Positions 57,638 to 64,000 of a DNA stretch of 64,000 bases are shown piece by piece. Made by a program: the position numbers and the translations under genes. The notes beneath the pieces were generated by a model. That model was not told the DNA's origin. It ran no database searches and saw only the letters and a list, made by a program, of their open reading frames with translations. Each line of letters begins with the position of its first letter. Positions within the stretch are counted from its first letter, which is position 1. Source of the DNA: Candidatus Sericytochromatia bacterium (GTDB lineage: Bacteria > Cyanobacteriota > Sericytochromatia > UBA7694); assembly GCA_018780035.1 (NCBI GenBank), contig JADMKE010000008.1, forward strand, positions 7,778 to 71,777. Direction: 5' to 3'.

Positions 57638-58279
57638 TTGATGCCGCAGATCATCACGGTCATGCTTGTGGATGACGATCCAAATACCTTGGATTTTTTA
57701 GAAGCGTGGCTCACCGACCATTGCGATTTGCCCTACCGCTTTCAAATTTTAGGAAAAGCCCGATCAGGAAACGAAGCAATTAAACAGCTACAAAATGTTC
57801 AGCCGGATCTCATGATCCTGGATTTGAATATGCCAGAGACCTCAGGGATGATCGTCGCTCGTTTTGCGAAAACGCTCTCTCCAACTCCCCGGATTCTTTT
57901 GTATAGCGGATATGATGATTTGTTAGAGTGGCAAGATACCGCTCATGAACATATCCGAGGCTATGTGATTAAAAACAGCCCCATTGAAAAACTTGAAATG
58001 GCCGTTGAAAAAATTCTAGCAGGGGATATCTTTTGGGACCCGCTTGTCTATTACCATATGCATCAAAAATCCCGAGTGGCACGCAAGCCGCTGGTGTGGA
58101 ATGAAGATCTGACCGAAAGAGAGCAAGAAATTTTCACTTTGTTTTGCAATGGCCATAAACAAACGCAAATGGCCAAGGAACTCGATTTGAGTACCAACAC
58201 GATCAAAACCCATCTCAGAAATATCTGTCAAAAAGCAAATTGTGCGGATCTCGAGCAACTGAGGCAGATTCTTTTTTAA
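57638..58279 (+). CDS. Two-component response regulator, NarL/LuxR family (REC + LuxR-type HTH)
   Basis: REC segment (VMLVDDDP…, phospho-acceptor region LMILDLNMPETSG) and LuxR HTH segment (LTEREQEIFTLFCNGHKQTQMAKELDLSTNTIKTHLRNICQKA). No adjacent histidine kinase. Confidence 0.85.
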   Translation: MMPQIITVMLVDDDPNTLDFLEAWLTDHCDLPYRFQILGKARSGNEAIKQLQNVQPDLMILDLNMPETSGMIVARFAKTLSPTPRILLYSGYDDLLEWQDTAHEHIRGYVIKNSPIEKLEMAVEKILAGDIFWDPLVYYHMHQKSRVARKPLVWNEDLTEREQEIFTLFCNGHKQTQMAKELDLSTNTIKTHLRNICQKANCADLEQLRQILF

Positions 58280-58380
58280 GCTCACACCCAACACCATAAA
58301 CCCAGAACCCGCAACCGCCATCATCCCTCTCCGTCCCTGCTGCTATAATACAAAGAACTCTTTTTCTGGCAGGGGCTTTC

Positions 58381-60522
58381 ATGCGCATTGCTTTTCTCTC
58401 CCGCATCTCTCGGGCCTTTAATGGTGATACGGTTGTGCGAGAACCACTCGGCGGCACCCAAAGTGCCCTGGTCTATTTGGCCCGCGAATTGCAGGCCCTC
58501 GGCCACGAGGTACACGTCTTTTGCAATTGCAAAGAGCAGGCAGGGGTCTTTGCGGGAGTCACTTACCACAACCTGCCCGAGTTGGCGCGCTTTGCCCGCC
58601 AGAACCCGCTTGATTTTTTTATTTCCTGTGCCGACGAAAGCGCGCTTAAACTGGGAATCCCGAGCAAATATTCACTCTGGTGGTCCCACAACGACTATTG
58701 TTTTCTCTGGGATGAAATGCCCGATTTACGCGCCAAAACGTCTGAGATTCTGGCCACCAAAGCAGATAAACTGGTGGCCGTCAGCCGCTGGCATGCACAA
58801 AAACTGTCAGACGTGTTGAATATCCCGCTGGAACACTTTTTTATCACCGGCAATGCCGTCAACGCCGCCTATTTTGAGCTGGATCCCGAGTCTGGACCTC
58901 AGCCCGCCACCCCGCCACGCCTGCTCTATACCAGCGTGCCCGATCGCGGATTGGACCTGCTGCTGGAGCTGTTTCCCCAAATCCAGGCCCAGGTGCCCGA
59001 GGTGGAATTGCACCTCTATTCCAGTTTTACAGTCTGGGGCAAAAGCGCGGAGTTTAATGCCGCCCAAGCCGGCCCGCTCTATGAAAAAGCACGGGCCTTG
59101 CCGGGGGTGTTTTTGCACGATCCGCTGCCCCACCCCCAATTGGCCCAGGCCCTGCTCCAAGGCAGCCTGATGACCTATCCCAACCATGCCGCCGAGCCGA
59201 TGGATTTAACGGGTTTTTGGGCCGAAACTTCGTGTATTGCCGCAATCGAAGCCCAGGCCGCAGGTCTGCCTGTGATCACCAGCGCACGGGGCGCTTTGCC
59301 CGAAACCGTATTGCAAGGCCAAACCGGCATTTTAATTGAAGGAGAGCCCTTCAGTGAGGCCTATCGCGAGGCCTTTGTCGGCGCTGTGGTGGAGCTGCTC
59401 AAAGACCGTGGCAAACGCCAGGCTCTGGGCCAAGCGGCCCGTGAACGCATCTTGACTGAATACACCTGGCAGCAGCGGGCCTTGGAATGGCACCAATTCT
59501 TGACAGAGTTCAGCAGCAGCCGCATGGCCGAATCGCCGCTCAAAACACCCTTTGTGACCCCTGAAATTTCGGTGATTATTCCAACGTATAACCGCGCCCG
59601 CAACCTCAAAAACTGCCTGGAATCCTTGACTTGGCAAAGCTTCAAGGCCTTTGAGGTGATTATCTGCGACGACGGCTCATCCGACAATACCCGCGAAGTG
59701 GCTGAAAGTTATAAAGACCGGTTGAATCTGAGCTATCGCTGGCAAGCAGATTTGGGCTTTCGCGCCGCAGAGGCCCGCAATTTGGGTATGCGCCGGGCCC
59801 GTGGCAAGCTGGTGGTGTTTTTGGACAGCGACTTGGTGGTGCCCGACAGCTTTTTAGCCACCCATTGGCAGGCCCACCAGCAGCACAAAAATGTCGCGAT
59901 CAACAGCTATGTGATGCGCATGTTGGAGCCCCTTGACGATGATTTGGGCCTGCCCCCGCAGGAGTTTATTCCCAAACACCGCGACAATCTCAAACCAGAT
60001 AACCGCGACCGCTACAGCTTGTTTGAACGCCAGGAACCCGTCGAAGAGACCTATTACCTCGACAGCAATGCCCTTTCGATCTGGCGCGAAGACCTGGAAA
60101 AAGTCGGCAATTTTGATGAGGGCTTTATTGGCTGGGGCCACGAAGACACGGAATTGGGCTACCGCATTGCCCAATACGGCATGAAAATGCTGTTTATTAA
60201 AGCGGGCACAGAGGCCTATCACCAGCACCACGCGTTCTCCGAGGCCAAAGAAGAGGAACGGGCAGTCAATTGGAAGCGCCTGACCCAAAAACACGGCATC
60301 ACCAAGTGGTACCACCCGCTTTGGGAATTGCCGATCGAAGGCGCCGTGCAAATTGCCTTGAGCGGAGAGGGCCCGCCGATGCCCCTGAGCATTCCCGTCT
60401 GGAGCGACGCGGGCTGGATTCTCAAACCCGGCCAAAATGTGCCCTTGGCGGGTCTGCACTATTTACTCAGGGTCGAAAATGGCATTTTAAACGCGATTGA
60501 ACCTTTTTGGTCGCAGGCATGA
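58381..60522 (+). CDS. Bifunctional glycosyltransferase: N-terminal GT4 (GT-B) domain + C-terminal GT2 (GT-A) domain
   Basis: GT4 part: MRIAFLSRI…GGTQSALVYLARELQALGHEVHVFC … E(x7)E-type C-terminal lobe (ETSCIAAIEAQAAGLPVI). GT2 part: ISVIIPTYNRARNLKNCLESLTWQ…ICDDGSSDNT…DSD. Confidence 0.8.
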   Translation: MRIAFLSRISRAFNGDTVVREPLGGTQSALVYLARELQALGHEVHVFCNCKEQAGVFAGVTYHNLPELARFARQNPLDFFISCADESALKLGIPSKYSLWWSHNDYCFLWDEMPDLRAKTSEILATKADKLVAVSRWHAQKLSDVLNIPLEHFFITGNAVNAAYFELDPESGPQPATPPRLLYTSVPDRGLDLLLELFPQIQAQVPEVELHLYSSFTVWGKSAEFNAAQAGPLYEKARALPGVFLHDPLPHPQLAQALLQGSLMTYPNHAAEPMDLTGFWAETSCIAAIEAQAAGLPVITSARGALPETVLQGQTGILIEGEPFSEAYREAFVGAVVELLKDRGKRQALGQAARERILTEYTWQQRALEWHQFLTEFSSSRMAESPLKTPFVTPEISVIIPTYNRARNLKNCLESLTWQSFKAFEVIICDDGSSDNTREVAESYKDRLNLSYRWQADLGFRAAEARNLGMRRARGKLVVFLDSDLVVPDSFLATHWQAHQQHKNVAINSYVMRMLEPLDDDLGLPPQEFIPKHRDNLKPDNRDRYSLFERQEPVEETYYLDSNALSIWREDLEKVGNFDEGFIGWGHEDTELGYRIAQYGMKMLFIKAGTEAYHQHHAFSEAKEEERAVNWKRLTQKHGITKWYHPLWELPIEGAVQIALSGEGPPMPLSIPVWSDAGWILKPGQNVPLAGLHYLLRVENGILNAIEPFWSQA

Positions 60523-62780
60523 CCCAAACAGAACCCGAAACACAACCCGAAGCAGAGTCCGAAAAAAAAGCCTCTCTGCTGCGCCAGGGCTTAAACAGCC
60601 TGGCCAACAATGTCTTGAATCATCCCCGGCGCTGGCTCTGGGGCTGGATCTTGGTTCTGTTGATCGCTCTGCCCGGTTTTTTGCAGGTCAAACAATTTCT
60701 GGTGGGCGGCAATGGCGGCGTCACCCAATCTCAGGCCCTGCACACCAAAGACCTCATTGAGCAGCGCTTTGACTTTCCGTTTATTAACAGCTATTTAATT
60801 GTGGTTGAAAACAAAAATTTCAAACTCGAAGACCCGCGTTTTGAACGCGCCATTCAGCGCTTGCAGGCCGTGGTCAACACCTTTGAGGATACCCAAGGGA
60901 TGGAGACCTGGTACCGCAGCCGCGATCCGCTGCTGCGCAACAAGGCGGGCACCCGCACCTTTTTGCTGGTGGGCCAAGAGCCCGAAGCCAGCCAAAAACT
61001 CGAATTGCGCACAGGTGAGATGCGCGCAGCTTTAAGCCCATTGGTGACCGAATTAAAACAAGCGGGCTTTGAGATTTTTCTCACGGGCATGAACGCCGTG
61101 ATTTATGATATCAACCTGATCACCACGGCCAGTACCGAAGCGGCTGAAAAACAGGTCTTTGGCCTGACCCTCTTGATTCTCTTGCTGGCCTTTGGCTCAT
61201 TTACAGGGGCACTGCTGCCACTGTTGATGGCGATTGTCTCGATGTTGATCAGTCTCTCGATTGTGGCGGTGATTGCCCGTTTTACGATGGTTTCGACCTA
61301 TGCCCAGAGTATTTCTTCGATGATTGGCCTGGCTGTGGGCATCGACTACGCGCTGCTGCTGGTCTGGCGTCTGCGCCAAGAGCGCGAAAAGGGCCAAGAA
61401 CTCAAACTGGCTTTACACCAAACAATCCTGACCGCCGGCAAATCCGTGATTTTTGCCGGGGGCACCTTTTTGATTGGCCTGGCCGGGCTGTTTTTCAGCG
61501 GGATTACGGCCCTTTTTTCGATTGGTCTGGGTGGCATTTTGGTGGTGATGGTGAGTGTCACCGCTTCACTCACCCTCTTGCCCGCCCTGCTGCTGGTACT
61601 CGGGCCCTGGCTGGATTTTCCCAAAACTCTCGCCACACGCTTGCAAAACCTGCGGCCATCCAGGCTCTGGAAGCCCCTCTCATACCATGTCATGCGCCAC
61701 CCTTGGGTCTATGGAACAGGCGCGCTGGCCATTGTGCTGGCCCTGAGCAGCCCGGCGCTCAAATTGCAAATTCGCCAATTTGACATGCCCAATTTGCCTG
61801 CCCGCTTGGAGTCCAAACAGGGCTTTGATCTCCTGACGCAAATGGAGGTCTCGGGCATGATGATCCCGCTGTTTTTGGTCTTTGAAAGCGATCAACCCAG
61901 CATTCTCAACCCCGAAGATCTCCACGAATTGCGGCGGGTACACGCCCAACTCCAGGCCAATCCGCTGATTGAACGGGTCACCAGTTTGGCCTCGCCTTTG
62001 CAAGAACACCCCGATCTGGCCGGGCAATTCCCACTGATGCGCCTGATCGCCCCAGATCTCTTTCAAATGCTGCTCAGCCGCGATCAGCAATTGACCCTGA
62101 TGCAGGTCGTGCCCAAACGCCTGTTTGACTTTGACGAAATGGTCAATCTCTGTGCCGAGCTGCGCAAAACCCTGGGCCCCGAACTCAAGAGACAGGGCCT
62201 GACCCTGCATATTGGCGGCCCTGCCGCACTCACCCTGGACTATAACGAGGCGACCTTCAGCCACAGCCCGCAGATCTTGCTCGGGGTGGTGGTTTTGACC
62301 TGGATTGTCTTGCTGATTTCGCTGAGGTCTTGGTTTATCGCGCTCAAGGCGATTCTGCTCAATCTCTGCTCGGTGGCTGTGAGTTATGGCGTGATCACCC
62401 TGATCTTTCAAGAAGGACTCATTCCCGCGATTGCTCCCCAGGCGATCATGGCCTATGTGCCACTTTTGCTCTTTTGTCTGATCTTTGGCCTTTCAATTGA
62501 CTACGAGGTCTTTCTGATGACCCGCATCCGCGAGGCCTACGAAAGCGGTGAGAGCAATGAAGAGGCCACGGCCACAGGCATTCGCGCCACGGGTGACGTG
62601 ATCACCTATGCCGCTTTGATCATGGGGCTGGTCTTTGGGGCCTTTACCCAGGTCGAGATCAGCATTATCAAACAGCTGGGCTTTGGCTTGGCCACCGCCA
62701 TTTTGATCGATGCCACCCTGATCCGCATGGTGCTGGTGCCCGCTTTTATGAAAATCGGCGGGCGTTGGAACTGGCGCTGA
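60507..62780 (+). CDS. MMPL/RND-superfamily exporter (12 TM, two periplasmic loops)
   Basis: Overlaps the glycosyltransferase stop by 16 nt. Two repeated 6-TM bundles with conserved GxxxD(Y/A)xxF motifs (LAVGIDYALLLV; FGLSIDYEVFLMTRIRE) typical of MMPL transporters. Confidence 0.8.
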   Translation: MVAGMTQTEPETQPEAESEKKASLLRQGLNSLANNVLNHPRRWLWGWILVLLIALPGFLQVKQFLVGGNGGVTQSQALHTKDLIEQRFDFPFINSYLIVVENKNFKLEDPRFERAIQRLQAVVNTFEDTQGMETWYRSRDPLLRNKAGTRTFLLVGQEPEASQKLELRTGEMRAALSPLVTELKQAGFEIFLTGMNAVIYDINLITTASTEAAEKQVFGLTLLILLLAFGSFTGALLPLLMAIVSMLISLSIVAVIARFTMVSTYAQSISSMIGLAVGIDYALLLVWRLRQEREKGQELKLALHQTILTAGKSVIFAGGTFLIGLAGLFFSGITALFSIGLGGILVVMVSVTASLTLLPALLLVLGPWLDFPKTLATRLQNLRPSRLWKPLSYHVMRHPWVYGTGALAIVLALSSPALKLQIRQFDMPNLPARLESKQGFDLLTQMEVSGMMIPLFLVFESDQPSILNPEDLHELRRVHAQLQANPLIERVTSLASPLQEHPDLAGQFPLMRLIAPDLFQMLLSRDQQLTLMQVVPKRLFDFDEMVNLCAELRKTLGPELKRQGLTLHIGGPAALTLDYNEATFSHSPQILLGVVVLTWIVLLISLRSWFIALKAILLNLCSVAVSYGVITLIFQEGLIPAIAPQAIMAYVPLLLFCLIFGLSIDYEVFLMTRIREAYESGESNEEATATGIRATGDVITYAALIMGLVFGAFTQVEISIIKQLGFGLATAILIDATLIRMVLVPAFMKIGGRWNWR

Positions 62781-62966
62781 GCCAGTATTAAAGGCTCAGA
62801 ACACATTTTCCACTGCCGCAACAGACAACAAATTGAGCTGTTTTTCTGGAAGCTTGATTTTTTTAAATGTATGATATACACTTTATTTACAATCCAATAA
62901 AAATATTGTATGGTATTGCTAGCAAATTAATCAGCCAATGAAAATGATGGGGGTCTTTATTCAAAA

Positions 62967-64000
62967 ATGAAAAATTCCAAACTATATACGGGTTTGCTGT
63001 GCTTGAGCTTGATTTTGGCCAACGGTTGTACTGGGGCAAAAGTGACTGATTCTGGCTTCTTTATTCCAAAACCCAACAAGACCCCTGAACCAAGACCCAT
63101 TATGACACCACTTCCTCAGACTTCAGCGTCTCCCCAAGCTTCAGCCAACCCAGGAAGCAGCCCATCGCCATCTCCCTCGGCAACCCCTTCTGGCAATTCG
63201 ACAGAAAGTGGGCCAAAAGAAATCCGTGTGGCAGCAGAATTGCAGACCAAACTCTCTCAAGCATTGGAATTAAAGAGCGAGCCGCTGGCCTTGAGTGGAG
63301 AGGTCGTATCTGCTGACGGAAAGGTCTTAGAACAAGCAATCTGGACAGTCAGTGACAGCACTATTGCTGAAATCAAAGAAGGAAAACTCTCTCCCCTCAA
63401 AGACGGTCAAATCACCCTCAAAGCATCCTCGAGCAAAGATCCCGATCTTTGGCGCATTTTCTTTATTCGCATCGGAACGCCAGAAGTTCCCCTGACAGAT
63501 GCGACCCCTGCCAGTGGCTCCTATTCAAGTGCTCAGTATGAATCTCTGATCACTAAAATGGGAGAGATCTCCAGCTACGGAAAGTATCTGTTTGTGCCCG
63601 ACCAAACCAAGAATCAAATCAATGTACTGGATACCTCCACAGGTAAAATCACAAAAAAAATTGGGGTTTCACCCGATCCCCAGGCCACAGAAATCAATCC
63701 AAATGGCACCCGCCTTTACGTAGGCAGCAAAACCAGCAACAATGTGGATGTGATTGATCTCAATAGCATGGAAAAGATCGAAAGCATTTCTGTGGCATCC
63801 CCCGTTTTTGATATTGAAGTGGATAGCTCTCAATTGTATGTTTCTTATGAAGGTACAAATGAGGCCCAAGAGATCTACAATCTCACAAGCAAAACAAAAA
63901 CAGCCTCTTTGCCAACCACAACAAAAGGCAAAGCTTATTTGCAGTTGAGCTCCGATAATTTTTTATATGTCGGCAACACAACTTACTCTGTTGTCTTGTA
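62967..64000 (+). CDS. Lipoprotein with Big_2-like domain and YVTN/beta-propeller repeats (3' end beyond window)
   Basis: ATG 62967 with G-rich SD. MKNSKLYTGLLCLSLILANGCTG (lipobox), S/P-rich linker, Ig-like segment (…IWTVSDSTIAEIKEGKLSPLKDGQITLKASS…), then repeats of the VSPDPQATEINPNGTRLYVG type. The frame is open to 64000. Confidence 0.6.
   Translation, partial: MKNSKLYTGLLCLSLILANGCTGAKVTDSGFFIPKPNKTPEPRPIMTPLPQTSASPQASANPGSSPSPSPSATPSGNSTESGPKEIRVAAELQTKLSQALELKSEPLALSGEVVSADGKVLEQAIWTVSDSTIAEIKEGKLSPLKDGQITLKASSSKDPDLWRIFFIRIGTPEVPLTDATPASGSYSSAQYESLITKMGEISSYGKYLFVPDQTKNQINVLDTSTGKITKKIGVSPDPQATEINPNGTRLYVGSKTSNNVDVIDLNSMEKIESISVASPVFDIEVDSSQLYVSYEGTNEAQEIYNLTSKTKTASLPTTTKGKAYLQLSSDNFLYVGNTTYSVVL

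Overview
This is a 64-kb window from a Gram-negative (diderm) bacterium. The backbone is roughly 55-60% GC and carries sharply AT-rich islands. The core genes are a pyruvate dehydrogenase operon (aceE-aceF-lpdA), a MarR-regulated RND efflux pair, 6-phosphofructokinase, mtnA and many lipoproteins or secreted proteins. The secreted set includes an LRR protein, a C11 peptidase, an S8 peptidase, a VWA protein, a transglutaminase, a BNR-propeller protein and TPR proteins. A response-regulator, GT4-GT2 glycosyltransferase and MMPL exporter module is also present.

The most striking feature is an AT-rich island of about 5.7 kb (9620-15320) inserted just after the lpdA terminator. It sits next to a degenerate transposase and encodes a translationally coupled three-gene operon. 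The genes are a RelA/SpoT-domain (small-alarmone-synthetase-like) nucleotidyltransferase, an Arch_ATPase-type P-loop ATPase, and a 1080-aa STAND-like NTPase with a wHTH and at least 11 TPR-like 34-aa repeats. The operon is preceded by a sigma70 promoter embedded in an array of ATTTGTTG palindromic half-sites. The arrangement looks like an NLR/Avs-like antiphage or abortive-infection system with a toxSAS-type effector. I do not recognise it as a described system.

A second notable region is a protein-free stretch of about 770 nt (24300-25067). It has a strong sigma70 promoter, an intrinsic terminator and at least six degenerate modules of a GNRA-capped hairpin followed by CCCTGAAG, making it a candidate large structured ncRNA or leader. 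A tandem-duplicated pair of small Cys-motif lipoproteins lies in a further AT-rich patch (49.2-50.7 kb).
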